A DNA stretch of 40,386 nt. It comes from a virus (lineage: Duplodnaviria > Caudoviricetes). How positions within the stretch are numbered: position 1 is the first letter of the stretch; the number at the start of each line of letters is the position of its first letter. Below are positions 27,474 through 36,802 of the stretch, in pieces. The DNA is taken from positions 1 through 40,386 of the IMG/VR virus record IMGVR_UViG_3300017909_002763; one strand, 5' to 3'. The notes below the pieces were generated by a model, which searched no databases, was not told the origin of the DNA, and worked only from the letters and a program-made list of their open reading frames with translations. The translations under genes and the position numbers were made by a program.

Positions 27474-27728
27474 ATGGCCAAATACAATGTGATCATTAAT
27501 ACCGAGGAGGATTTGTTGGATTCTTGGTTAGACAGCGATGTTCAGCACATGGCGTTCGGCTACTGTGAGATTTCGCTAGAAGAGTGTGTCGATAATGGTG
27601 ATGGCACATACACGGCGTCCTACGAGAGCTTCGAGTTGTCCTCACCGAGGACTTTCACCTATGTGCATCCAGTGAACGGGGAGACCACTTACACATTGAC
27701 CGCGGGCGAATATGGGATAAAGCCGTAA
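27474..27728 (+). CDS. small acidic protein, possible fibre chaperone
   Basis: ATG 1 nt after the upstream stop; 84 aa. Confidence 0.6.
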   Translation: MAKYNVIINTEEDLLDSWLDSDVQHMAFGYCEISLEECVDNGDGTYTASYESFELSSPRTFTYVHPVNGETTYTLTAGEYGIKP

Positions 27729-27732
27729 GAAT

Positions 27733-27740
27733 TATATTTG
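27733..27740 (+). promoter_or_regulatory. -7 promoter element TATATTTG
   Basis: Exact consensus 4 nt before the ATG at 27745. Confidence 0.7.
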
Positions 27741-27744
27741 CATT

Positions 27745-28023
27745 ATGGCGAAGTCTCCTACATCTACTCGAGTAAAAAACCTTCTGAAGAAGCACGGTCT
27801 CTCTGGTGTCAATAAGGCCAAGAGAACTCCGAAACACCCGAAGAAGTCTCACATCGTTTTGGCCAAGGAGGGTAACAAGGTGAAGCTCATTCGTTTCGGT
27901 GAGCAGGGAGCGAAGACGAATCAGAATGCAAAGCAGAGAGCTTCGTTCAAGGCGCGCCATAGAAAGAACATTAACAAGGGCAAGATGTCTGCGGCATACT
28001 GGGCCAACAAAGTAAAGTGGTAA
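27745..28023 (+). CDS. small highly basic protein
   Basis: KLIRFGEQG...SFKARH...SAAYWANKVKW. Confidence 0.8.
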   Translation: MAKSPTSTRVKNLLKKHGLSGVNKAKRTPKHPKKSHIVLAKEGNKVKLIRFGEQGAKTNQNAKQRASFKARHRKNINKGKMSAAYWANKVKW

Positions 28024-28244
28024 TGTTCTTGACCGCGGTAATGGATATGACTCAGTTTGAGCTCCTGACTATTGTGGGGGCTCTGATCGGTATGTGGCTA
28101 AAGTTTCAGTCTGACTTTACCACCCTCAAGTCCAGGGTTAAAGTTCTGGAGATGGACAACGGAGAGTTCAAGAACAAGATCGACACTCTCCTCAACGAAA
28201 TTCAAGAGATTAAGATGCTCTTGGCTAAGAATCAAGTGCAATGA
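28023..28244 (+). CDS. small TM plus coiled-coil protein
   Basis: TAATG coupling; hydrophobic helix followed by heptad repeat. Confidence 0.65.
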   Translation: MFLTAVMDMTQFELLTIVGALIGMWLKFQSDFTTLKSRVKVLEMDNGEFKNKIDTLLNEIQEIKMLLAKNQVQ

Positions 28245-28429
28245 ACGCCGTCAAATACAACAAGGGCGGTAAGCTCAAGGTTAGTCAGAAGACGATGGAG
28301 GTGTCGCCTCCATCGGGATACCATTGGATGCAGGAGAACGGAAGGTACTTCCTGATGAAGGGTGAGTACAAGCCTCACCCTGGCGCCGTCGCCAAGGCCA
28401 AGTTCAAACTCGTAAGTCACGGAAAATGA
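28241..28429 (+). CDS. small basic protein with N-terminal YNKGG
   Basis: 62 aa, coupled on both sides, PPSGYHWM. Confidence 0.7.
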   Translation: MNAVKYNKGGKLKVSQKTMEVSPPSGYHWMQENGRYFLMKGEYKPHPGAVAKAKFKLVSHGK

Positions 28430-28866
28430 AGACTGTATACGAAGGAGGGGGTAGGAAAAAGAAAAAGAAATCCGAGCCCATCAATTACGATACGGGACCT
28501 GCCTATCAAACTAGCGCAGGTTCTAGAACCGTGAGAGAGGATAAGCTCAAACGGCAGATGGCCAGGGACGGCGTCGAACTGGATGTCAAGCACGTGAGAC
28601 GTGCTGATGGCTCTGAGTACACTAAATCTGTTGACTCCTCACCCGCTGACGAGTACAAGAAGGGCGGTAAGTACAAGGTCAAGAAAAAGAAAGCCAAGTC
28701 CCGCGTCAACGAGGCTGGTAACTACACTAAGCCTGGTATGCGCAAGCGCCTGTTCAATAAGATCAAGGCGGGATCTAAGGGCGGTAAGCCTGGCCAGTGG
28801 TCAGCCCGCAAGGCACAGATGCTGGCCCAGCAATACAAGAAGGCTGGTGGCGGATACCGAGATTGA
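28426..28866 (+). CDS. basic protein with YxxGG motifs and DUF5872-like N-terminal half
   Basis: YEGGG, YKKGG, then NYTKPGMRKRL...GGKPGQWSARKAQMLAQQYKKAGGGY. Confidence 0.75.
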   Translation: MKTVYEGGGRKKKKKSEPINYDTGPAYQTSAGSRTVREDKLKRQMARDGVELDVKHVRRADGSEYTKSVDSSPADEYKKGGKYKVKKKKAKSRVNEAGNYTKPGMRKRLFNKIKAGSKGGKPGQWSARKAQMLAQQYKKAGGGYRD

Positions 28867-29105
28867 TGGCGGTAAAGAAATCACAGGAGTCCCTGCGTAA
28901 GTGGACCAAGCAAAAGTGGCGCACTTCAAGTGGTAAGAAGTCGGAGGGCAAGCGCAGGTACTTGCCCGACGCCGCCTGGAAGTCTTTGTCGGCATCTGAG
29001 AAGGCCGCAACCAACAAGGCCAAGGCCGAAGGAAATAAGAAAGGGAAGCAGTTTGTAAAGCAACCGAAGAAGATCGCAAAGAAGGTGGCTAAATACAGAA
29101 AGTAA
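28866..29105 (+). CDS. basic protein, DUF5872-like C-terminal half
   Basis: SQESLRKWTKQKW...RYLPDAAWKSLS...GKQFV; TGATG coupling. Confidence 0.75.
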   Translation: MAVKKSQESLRKWTKQKWRTSSGKKSEGKRRYLPDAAWKSLSASEKAATNKAKAEGNKKGKQFVKQPKKIAKKVAKYRK

Positions 29106-29113
29106 TATTATCA

Positions 29114-29121
29114 TACCTTTG
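29114..29121 (+). promoter_or_regulatory. -7 promoter element TACCTTTG, head operon
   Basis: Exact consensus in an AT-rich gap. Confidence 0.7.
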
Positions 29122-29136
29122 CACAAAACATAGATT

Positions 29137-29538
29137 ATGGCAACTACGACCGCAACCGTTACCCTCTCCAGCTCTGATTTGACTGGGGATGCTCTGTCCT
29201 TGAGCACGACGGCCACGCTGACCAAGGCTGGCGTCACCACGGGCCTCGACCAGACGACTGGTGTGGCCAGAAAATTTTTCGCTACGGCGCAGACGGCATA
29301 CAACCTCGTCGCCGCCGCAGACTACACGGCTGACAAGGCTCACAAGGTTTACATCAAGAACCCGAGCACGACGGCCTCTGAGTACATCACGATCGAGCTG
29401 GGCTCATCGAACGTGTCCCTTGGTCGCCTCTACGCTGGTGACTGGACGCTTCTCCCGTACGACGGAAACAACGACATCGACATTGATACTTCCGCGGTCA
29501 ACATGACCGTTGAGTACCTCGTCATTTACGAAGCCTGA
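29137..29538 (+). CDS. small virion structural protein
   Basis: 133 aa, T/A-rich, KVYIKNP, strong C/T-ending codon usage. Confidence 0.7.
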   Translation: MATTTATVTLSSSDLTGDALSLSTTATLTKAGVTTGLDQTTGVARKFFATAQTAYNLVAAADYTADKAHKVYIKNPSTTASEYITIELGSSNVSLGRLYAGDWTLLPYDGNNDIDIDTSAVNMTVEYLVIYEA

Positions 29539-29945
29539 TGGGTACACTCAAGGCCAGTCTCACTCTCAGCACTTCTGACGTCCTTTCCAGTGACGTCCAG
29601 CTCACGTGCTCCTCGTCGGTCAACGCCGACTCGGGGAGCTTGATGCGCGTCAAGTTGCTGGGGACGGCGGCTGGGAGTGACGCCATCACCATTTACAAGG
29701 CCAGCGACAAGGTCGACAACGCGTACGTGTACATCAAGAACATGGACGCGGAGCGGGAGAACTATATCTATGTTTATGCGGACAGCGCCAGTGATGATCC
29801 TGTGATCATGAAAATTGCTGGTTATGAGTTTGCCTACTTCCCCGCTAAGAGCGACCAGGTCCTGAAGGCGTACGCCACGAAGGTCGATACCATTGTTGAA
29901 TACGGAGTCTTCGGTCTCGATAGCTCCTCAGTGAAACTTGTCTAA
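29538..29945 (+). CDS. small virion structural protein, paralog of previous gene
   Basis: LTLSTSDV...YVYIKNM...EFAYFP...VEYGVF aligns by eye with the previous gene. Confidence 0.7.
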   Translation: MGTLKASLTLSTSDVLSSDVQLTCSSSVNADSGSLMRVKLLGTAAGSDAITIYKASDKVDNAYVYIKNMDAERENYIYVYADSASDDPVIMKIAGYEFAYFPAKSDQVLKAYATKVDTIVEYGVFGLDSSSVKLV

Positions 29946-30214
29946 TGGCACATCCATCACACGCCCTAAACGCCAGAGCCGTCCTCGGAGACGGCGGCTC
30001 GGCAATCGCCGCCTCCACGGTGAACGTGGAGCACTTCTTTGCAATCCAGAACTTGCACAGTGCCGCCACCACGCTCACCATTTCTGGGAACTATCTCCAG
30101 GACGACGGTTCCACCGAAGAGACGTCGTTGACAATCCCCTCTGGCGTCACGGTCTACGGAAAGTTTGATAGCGTCACTCCAGCATCATCAGAACCGATTC
30201 TACTTTACTTTTAA
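29945..30214 (+). CDS. small virion structural protein
   Basis: 89 aa, IPSGVTVYGKFDSVT motif. Confidence 0.65.
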   Translation: MAHPSHALNARAVLGDGGSAIAASTVNVEHFFAIQNLHSAATTLTISGNYLQDDGSTEETSLTIPSGVTVYGKFDSVTPASSEPILLYF

Positions 30215-30216
30215 TT

Positions 30217-31329
30217 ATGGAGGATAATCAGAATTCAATTGAACAAGAGGTTGTAGAGCAACCTCAAGTAGAGGAGCAGGTTGTTGAGCAACCCGTCGAA
30301 ACGACGGAACCTCAGCAAGCCCCGTTCCAGATTTACAACAGCCCCGAAGAGCTTGCACAGGCTCAGATGGGGGCTGTCCAGGAAGAGCCGACGCCCACCC
30401 CTCAGGTGGAGGAGGCACCCATGGAAGCGGCTCAGGAGACTCCCGTTCAGCCTGAGCCCAGAGCACCGCAGTACAGTGAGGACCAGGTCGACCAGGCCGT
30501 GACCAGATACCTGAGTGAGAAGCTCGGTAGAGAGATCACGACCCTCGATGACCTCACCCAGCCGCAGGTTCAAATTGATGAACGGGTACAAGCTATCGCC
30601 AAGTTTGTGGAGGAGACGGGTCGCAACCCGCAGGACTGGTTCACGTATCAATCCCTAAATGCGTCTGAGATGGACGACATGACGGCGGTTAGAGTGCAAT
30701 TGGCCACGGACCACCCCAACCTTACCATTGACGAGGTGAATATGCTTATGGGTTCCAAGTATAAGTTGGACCCCGAGCGTTTCACACAAGAGGAAGTTCA
30801 GCTATCTCAGCTCCAACTCAAGATGGACGCCACCAACGCCAAGTCTCAGATCGAGAAGATGAGAGACTCGTATGCGGCTCCTGCCCCTGTGCAGGAAGAG
30901 GTGGAAGAGATTGTGAACGACCAGTGGATCGCAGACATGCGTCGAGAGGTGTCTCAGTTGTCTGGTATCGAGTTCGATCTGGGCAACGACAAGAGCTTCA
31001 CGTTCGGTATTGATGATCAGTATCGGAACGAGCTCATGGACAAGAACGCACGCCTTGACGAGTTCTTCGATCCTTACGTTCGGGAAAACGGAACTTGGGA
31101 CTACGACAAGCTGTCTTCACACCGCACGGTGATCGACAACATTGACAAGATTGTACGCTCCGCCTACCAACAAGGGATGAGCGATGGTCAGCGCAATGTA
31201 GTCTCGAAGGCGGCCAATGTCCAGGCATCTGCTCCTGTCGAGCAGGGACCTGTCCAACAGAACTCTCTGGGTCAACAACTCCGAGGGATCTTGAGGGCGA
31301 ACTCTTCAAAAATGACTTTCAATGCCTAA
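30217..31329 (+). CDS. putative scaffolding / head assembly protein
   Basis: E/Q/P-rich disordered N-term plus helical body, directly upstream of the MCP. Confidence 0.7.
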   Translation: MEDNQNSIEQEVVEQPQVEEQVVEQPVETTEPQQAPFQIYNSPEELAQAQMGAVQEEPTPTPQVEEAPMEAAQETPVQPEPRAPQYSEDQVDQAVTRYLSEKLGREITTLDDLTQPQVQIDERVQAIAKFVEETGRNPQDWFTYQSLNASEMDDMTAVRVQLATDHPNLTIDEVNMLMGSKYKLDPERFTQEEVQLSQLQLKMDATNAKSQIEKMRDSYAAPAPVQEEVEEIVNDQWIADMRREVSQLSGIEFDLGNDKSFTFGIDDQYRNELMDKNARLDEFFDPYVRENGTWDYDKLSSHRTVIDNIDKIVRSAYQQGMSDGQRNVVSKAANVQASAPVEQGPVQQNSLGQQLRGILRANSSKMTFNA

Positions 31330-31339
31330 TAAATAAATC

Positions 31340-32734
31340 ATGGCAACTATTGGATCTACACGGGGTACTGACATCCCGAATATTGATGCTACGACTAATG
31401 GTCTGACGTATCGCACCACGCCCGAAACCTACACCACGATTGACACGCTCATCAAGACGAACAAGGACTTCGTCATTCCTGAGCTTGTTGAGACGTACGG
31501 TGACCAGGGCATCACTGGCTTCCTGAAACTCACGGGAGCTATCAACGCCGCCGCTACTTCTGACCAGGTTGACTGGTGGGAGGCAGGTCGTCGTCACAAG
31601 ACCTTCCAGGCCGACGGTACTGGTACCGACACGGTGACCCTTGTGGCTCCGACCAGCGGTACGGACAGCATCCTCGACCAGGTCGCAAAGTTTGACGTCC
31701 TCATGGAGGCCGACAAGGGAACGCGCTACATCGTTACTGGTACTTCCGAAGGAGTCAACGTGACCATTAAGCGTCTCGACGGTGAGACCTCTGCCTCTGG
31801 CACGGACTACACTGCCACCAGCGGTAAGTACACGCTGATCGGCAACATGCACCCGCAGGGTACCGACCAGCCCGACCACTTCATGGAGAACGACGTCATT
31901 CGTCGTTCGAATGGCTTTGCCATTGTGAAGGGTCGCCACGAGGTTGCTGGCTCACAGGCCACCAACATCGGCTGGGTCGACGTCGGCGGCGGAGAGTACC
32001 GTTGGTTCATGTACAACGAGGGTGAGGCGCGCAAGCGTTTCGAGGATCAGCGCGAGATGATTCTCCTCTTTGGCGAGATCAACAACGGCGCCCAGGCTCT
32101 GACTGGCGACGACGCCATGTCTGGATCCGAGGGTTACTTCACCCAGGTCGAGACGCTCGGCATCAACGTCACGGGCGGCGCGTTCACTGCCATCAGCGAA
32201 ATTGATGACATCATCAAGGAGCTGGACAAGCAGGGTGCTCCCGCTGAGTACGCTATGTACCTGAACAGAACGCAGGACCTGGCCATCGATGACCTCCTCG
32301 CTGGCGGCCTCGCCACGCAGGTCACGGCTGGTCTGCCTGGTCAGTTTGGTGCGTTCAACAACGACGCCGAGATGGCCGTTCGCCTTGGCTTCAAGAGCTT
32401 CACGCGCGGTGGATACACCTTCCACAAGCACGACTGGAAGCTCCTCAACGACCCGACGCTCCTCGGCGCCTCCACCACCCCGAAGTATCAGGGTGCTATG
32501 GTGCCTCTGGCAAACGTCACTGATCCCCGTACGGGCGGCAACGCTCCGTCCCTGGCCATGTACTACAAGGCCGCTGGCGGATACAGCCGTGAGCTCGAGC
32601 ACTGGGTGACGGGCGGCGGCATGTTGGGCTTCACCAACGGTGATGCTGGTACCGACCAGATGGTCTACCACTACCGTTCGGAGTGCAACCTCTGCGTGCG
32701 TGGTGCTAACAAGCACGTCGTTCTCAAGAGCTGA
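31340..32734 (+). CDS. major capsid protein (crAss-like)
   Basis: 464 aa; ETYGDQGITGFL, WWEAGRRH, LGFKSFTRGGYTF, YRSECNLCVRGAN; strong codon bias; followed by a hairpin. Confidence 0.85.
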   Translation: MATIGSTRGTDIPNIDATTNGLTYRTTPETYTTIDTLIKTNKDFVIPELVETYGDQGITGFLKLTGAINAAATSDQVDWWEAGRRHKTFQADGTGTDTVTLVAPTSGTDSILDQVAKFDVLMEADKGTRYIVTGTSEGVNVTIKRLDGETSASGTDYTATSGKYTLIGNMHPQGTDQPDHFMENDVIRRSNGFAIVKGRHEVAGSQATNIGWVDVGGGEYRWFMYNEGEARKRFEDQREMILLFGEINNGAQALTGDDAMSGSEGYFTQVETLGINVTGGAFTAISEIDDIIKELDKQGAPAEYAMYLNRTQDLAIDDLLAGGLATQVTAGLPGQFGAFNNDAEMAVRLGFKSFTRGGYTFHKHDWKLLNDPTLLGASTTPKYQGAMVPLANVTDPRTGGNAPSLAMYYKAAGGYSRELEHWVTGGGMLGFTNGDAGTDQMVYHYRSECNLCVRGANKHVVLKS

Positions 32735-32739
32735 TGAAC

Positions 32740-32779
32740 TGAAGTGAGAGGGGATCCTTCGGGGTCCCCTCAAACTTCA
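32740..32779 (+). terminator. strong stem-loop after MCP (terminator or stabilizer)
   Basis: GAGGGGATCC TTCG GGGTCCCCTC with an outer TGAAGT/ACTTCA extension; no immediate U-tract. Confidence 0.7.
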
Positions 32780-32794
32780 TAATCTTTTTCGATT

Positions 32795-33139
32795 ATGGCA
32801 GACATTAAATCTTTTGATCGCGTCTTTCCGTTGTTCATCAACGAACCTGCGCAAACTGTAGCCGCCGCAGGAGCTTTGCCCGTGAATGAGACGAGCTACA
32901 TTATCGTGGCGCCAGCCACTGCGGATGTCGCATACACTGTGGCTGACGGCACCTTTGCTGGTCAGATGGTGGTGATTATTGCTTCTACGGCTAATGACGC
33001 CAACATTACGTTCACCACTCCGTTCAACGCGGATGCTGATGTCATTGGTCTGGACAACGCTGGAGAGCAAGTTCTTGCCATGTGGAATGGATCCGCATGG
33101 GTTGTCCTTGCTGGTGAGAAAGCAACGAGCGTTGCATAA
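32795..33139 (+). CDS. auxiliary capsid / decoration-like protein
   Basis: 114 aa, ADGTFAGQMVVI...WNGSAWVVL. Confidence 0.65.
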   Translation: MADIKSFDRVFPLFINEPAQTVAAAGALPVNETSYIIVAPATADVAYTVADGTFAGQMVVIIASTANDANITFTTPFNADADVIGLDNAGEQVLAMWNGSAWVVLAGEKATSVA

Positions 33140-33149
33140 TAACTGAGTC

Positions 33150-33761
33150 ATGGGTAAGAGACATCACGAACCTGATTTTAGAGCCATCACCCTCGGTGGT
33201 ACTGGCTCTCCTATGACTGGTAAGGGAGAAGTGGACCTTTCGGGTCCTGGTATCCCTGACAACCTCGTCAAGCAACAGTACTTCAACGATGGTACGTACA
33301 GCCGTCTTACGGTGCATGTAGACCTTACGGGTCTCGAATCATCCACGACGCTCGACGACATCATCGGTGGGGCCGACTCGTCCTTTGATGGTAAGGTGGC
33401 AAACATCGCTACCATTCCTCAAGAGTTTGGATACTTGACCAGAGTTAACATGTTCTGTGCCGAGCTCCCCGCGGGTGGAGTCACCGACATCGACGCCTAC
33501 ATCACGTCCAACGAACTGGACTACGACGAGGCGGCGGCGGGCGGCACCGAGCACGCAAGTGGCGGAGCCTTTGTTGCAGGAGACTATCACGAGGCCCTTG
33601 CTCAACAGACGTCCCAAGGGACTCTGGTCGATGTTAGTTCCCTTTTGTTGTACCTGAAGGTTGGTGTCGCTGGCACCCCTGGTACTTACACTGGGGGCAA
33701 GCTGATTATCATTCTGGAAGGTATCAGCAATCAACTGATCAATCGGATCGCAAATCCGTAA
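33150..33761 (+). CDS. virion structural protein
   Basis: 203 aa beta-rich, ends GTYTGGKLIIILEG. Confidence 0.65.
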   Translation: MGKRHHEPDFRAITLGGTGSPMTGKGEVDLSGPGIPDNLVKQQYFNDGTYSRLTVHVDLTGLESSTTLDDIIGGADSSFDGKVANIATIPQEFGYLTRVNMFCAELPAGGVTDIDAYITSNELDYDEAAAGGTEHASGGAFVAGDYHEALAQQTSQGTLVDVSSLLLYLKVGVAGTPGTYTGGKLIIILEGISNQLINRIANP

Positions 33762-33769
33762 TGGTAATT

Positions 33770-33793
33770 GGGCGGGGGCTTCGGCCCCTGCCC
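33770..33793 (+). terminator. stem-loop with TTCG loop
   Basis: GGGCGGGGGC TTCG GCCCCTGCCC, intergenic. Confidence 0.7.
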
Positions 33794-33806
33794 CCTTACT
33801 CCTCTC

Positions 33807-35075
33807 ATGGCCGCAACTCAGAAGTTCTTCCTGTTTAGAAAGGAGCCCGTCAGCCAGTTTAGCGTGGACAACGCTAACGAAGGTGATGGGCTTTCTGTGT
33901 TAGGTGTCCCCGCGGATCGCCTGGCCAGGATGACGGCCACCCTTGGTCGGGTGACGTTCTACTTCAAGGACGCGGGCATCTTCGAAACCTTTACCCCTTC
34001 CGAACAGGAGGGCATCCTGATGACCAGGGTCTCTGTGGGTGCCCAGGAGGGGAAGGAGTTCGAGCTCATTGAGCAAGTAATGAACTTTGTGGCGCGCCCC
34101 AGTGATCGGGCCGTCATGCGCTTTGACGTCCTTGCGGATCGTCCAGACCTTCCAGCGGCCAGGCTCCTGGCGCCAGGGGATGTCAAGGCCAACGTCGCCA
34201 CCAGCACGGTGTCTCTGGACACGGGGGGCGCACCTGACCCTGCTGGCAGGGGTGGCACGACAACCACGGTAATTGGCGGCATTGACTTCCCGTCCATCGC
34301 CACGATCCCCGTCATTGATTTCAATGACACAACCCTGAGTAGCATTTCTACTGGCGCCGAGGTTGGCGCCACCAACACCTGGGCTAACAGTGGTTCTGGG
34401 GGTACCGCGTATGACTCAGATAATAATGACGGAACTCCTATTAAGAGTGTTGGTGAAGCAAATAACCTAGCTAAAGACGCGGTTACAATTCCTAATGATG
34501 CCGCCCTTCACATTCGGACTGAGTACGAAGCAAAGAAGGACTACACCATGTACATGGTGTATGCAATCACGGAGAGGAAAATTATGTATCCGATCTACGG
34601 GAACCAGTCCGCAGAAACTTCGGGTTTTGGTGATGGCACCGCGGAGGACAGGATGTACTTCACTTTCAATGATCAACAAGGTCTACCCGCCTTTGTGGAT
34701 CTAAACAACACGGACTTCAATACGAAAGCCACAACGCTCCAGGACCCAAACCTGGATAGCTTTTCTTCTGGCACGCCAGCACAGACCTGCTATGTATGGG
34801 TTATTCGAAGGGACGTGAACTACAACATCTATGTCCACGACTACACTGGTGACGTCGTTGGATTTATTCCTGCCGTAGTCGGAACTCCAGACGACAAGGA
34901 CTACAAGACAGACCTCCCACTTATTGTGGACCGCATCGGTGGTGTTCAGTCGGGGAGCTTACTGTGGTCTGGAGAGATCGCAAGGTTCGGTCTGATTGAC
35001 TCGGACATCGGTACCGCAAACGCGGGCAACCTTGCCCGTCAGTTGTTCGACAGATACAACTACGATAAATTTTAA
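33807..35075 (+). CDS. structural protein with LamG/concanavalin-like C-terminal domain
   Basis: ATG at 33807 after the hairpin; DYTMYMVY...IGG...WSGEIARFGL pattern. Confidence 0.6.
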   Translation: MAATQKFFLFRKEPVSQFSVDNANEGDGLSVLGVPADRLARMTATLGRVTFYFKDAGIFETFTPSEQEGILMTRVSVGAQEGKEFELIEQVMNFVARPSDRAVMRFDVLADRPDLPAARLLAPGDVKANVATSTVSLDTGGAPDPAGRGGTTTTVIGGIDFPSIATIPVIDFNDTTLSSISTGAEVGATNTWANSGSGGTAYDSDNNDGTPIKSVGEANNLAKDAVTIPNDAALHIRTEYEAKKDYTMYMVYAITERKIMYPIYGNQSAETSGFGDGTAEDRMYFTFNDQQGLPAFVDLNNTDFNTKATTLQDPNLDSFSSGTPAQTCYVWVIRRDVNYNIYVHDYTGDVVGFIPAVVGTPDDKDYKTDLPLIVDRIGGVQSGSLLWSGEIARFGLIDSDIGTANAGNLARQLFDRYNYDKF

Positions 35076-35098
35076 TATCTTCGTGCAAATTCAATTCA

Positions 35099-35923
35099 AT
35101 GTCAACTACAACTCAGCGCAGAGCGCCAGGCCGTCCTAAGAAAGAGGCCACCACCACACGTACTAACGCCGCCAAGAAAAAGACGGTGGTTCGCAAAGAA
35201 CCCACCAAGTCTGCTCACTCGGAGTACGAGCTGGCCCAGCGCGGCGGGATTGTTACCATGATCCCTATGCGCGGTATTACCGTGTATGATGAGGAGAAAG
35301 ACACCGTTCGTGAGATTCGGTACTGCCCCAACGAGCCTAGCATTTACGTGGATGAGCAGAGCGAGAACGCGAAGCGTCAATCCGTATTCTTCAGGGAGGG
35401 TAGACTCTTCGTTCGGCAGGATCAGCCAAACCTTCGTGCGTTTATGGATCGACACCCAGGAAACGTGGGCAATGGCGGCGATTTCTTCAAGCGGGTCGAC
35501 AAGAAGTTTGACGCAGAGGTGGAGATGGAGAAGGAGTTTGCGGTTAGCGAGGCCATTCACAAGGTCCGTAACACGGACATCACGGACCTCCTTCCTGTCG
35601 CCCTGTACTTCAACGTCAACATCGACAGAAACACTAGTGAGATCCGTTTTGACTTGCTCCGACTGGCGAAGAAGGACCCTGCCGAGTTCATGCAAGCCTT
35701 TGACAATCCTCAGGTTCAGGCCCGTAGCATTGCCAAACAGGCGGCGGACTATCAAATCATTGCTCTTCGAGAGAACGGAGCGTACTGGTTCGACACGAAC
35801 AAGTTGATCGTCTCGGTTCCTGTGGGGCGCACCCCACTGGACGTCATCACCAGGTTCTTGCTCACCGAGCAGGGCGCCACGGTGTACGGAGAGCTCGAAG
35901 AGAAGCTCGAAAAACTAGCCTAA
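35099..35923 (+). CDS. crAss-like virion/assembly protein
   Basis: 274 aa, REIRYCPNEPSIYVDEQ; preceded by a TATCTTCG promoter-like site at 35076-35083. Confidence 0.65.
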   Translation: MSTTTQRRAPGRPKKEATTTRTNAAKKKTVVRKEPTKSAHSEYELAQRGGIVTMIPMRGITVYDEEKDTVREIRYCPNEPSIYVDEQSENAKRQSVFFREGRLFVRQDQPNLRAFMDRHPGNVGNGGDFFKRVDKKFDAEVEMEKEFAVSEAIHKVRNTDITDLLPVALYFNVNIDRNTSEIRFDLLRLAKKDPAEFMQAFDNPQVQARSIAKQAADYQIIALRENGAYWFDTNKLIVSVPVGRTPLDVITRFLLTEQGATVYGELEEKLEKLA

Positions 35924-35940
35924 ACCCAGGCTGACCGCAG

Positions 35941-35975
35941 AGAAAGGGCCGCACATAGCGGCCTTTTCTTTTTCT
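35941..35975 (+). terminator. intrinsic terminator
   Basis: AGAAAGGGCCGC ACATA GCGGCCTTTTCT followed by a T-run. Confidence 0.8.
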
Positions 35976-35982
35976 ATATTTG
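35975..35982 (+). promoter_or_regulatory. -7 promoter element TATATTTG
   Basis: Exact consensus 4 nt before the ATG at 35987. Confidence 0.7.
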
Positions 35983-35986
35983 CATT

Positions 35987-36802
35987 ATGGTCAGTATTGT
36001 TAGGGTTTATGACATTGTAAAAGATCTTGCCAACAAGGATCAGCTCGGGTTCGTTGGTATTCAGGAGTTTAACAGTTTCGCCCAGGCCGCACAGAGTAAG
36101 ATCTACAACGAGATTTGGGACGAGTATCTTCTGGGCAAGAAGCTAAGACGTCAGATGGCTGACGGATCAGGCGCCAAGTCGTTAGTGCAAAATGTTGACG
36201 AGGACCTGTCTCACTACTTGATCGAGGCCGAGCTTGACTTGTTTGAGGGTCAGGATTATGACGGCGCCGCCCTTGGTGATGATGCCACCCTACTCTATCA
36301 GGCGTACTTCAAGCCGCTAGATTTCAAGCAGTTGGTCACCCTGCACGTCGGGCAGAATCCACAGACGAGCAATCAGTGTGAGGTCACCAGAGACTTCTCC
36401 AAGTTTAAGATGGCCCATCGGAGTCGATTGTCGGCCCCTGCCGCGGCATTCCCCATGGCCCTGGACAAACACCAGACGTTTAGAGTTTCCCCTAATCCTG
36501 GTGATGCCGCGGTATTCTGCCTGTACTACAGACAGCCGAGGTCCAGGTTTGCCCAGCAGTTTATCAATGCAAACGACGAGGTCGTCTATGATGTCGACGA
36601 CCTGGACAATCAGTCCTTCCCTCAAATTCAAGGGGCAGAGACTAACCAGATCTTTATTCCCAACCTTGCGGCCACCAGACACTTCGACCTTCCTGACCAC
36701 TACCTCAGTGAGGTTGTGAAGGAGGTCGCCACCATGGTTGGTGTTAGCCTGAGAGACGGCCTCCTTGCCCAGTACGCCATGAAAGAAACCGCAGTTGAGT
36801 AA
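35987..36802 (+). CDS. tail ring / tubular (adaptor) protein
   Basis: LANKDQLG...EFNSFAQAAQ...YYRQP...FDLPDHY; position before the tail stabilization gene. Confidence 0.7.
   Translation: MVSIVRVYDIVKDLANKDQLGFVGIQEFNSFAQAAQSKIYNEIWDEYLLGKKLRRQMADGSGAKSLVQNVDEDLSHYLIEAELDLFEGQDYDGAALGDDATLLYQAYFKPLDFKQLVTLHVGQNPQTSNQCEVTRDFSKFKMAHRSRLSAPAAAFPMALDKHQTFRVSPNPGDAAVFCLYYRQPRSRFAQQFINANDEVVYDVDDLDNQSFPQIQGAETNQIFIPNLAATRHFDLPDHYLSEVVKEVATMVGVSLRDGLLAQYAMKETAVE

Noticed and set aside
33768-33806. TTG start for the 435-aa ORF
   Set aside because: It runs through an intergenic hairpin; the ATG at 33807 is more plausible.
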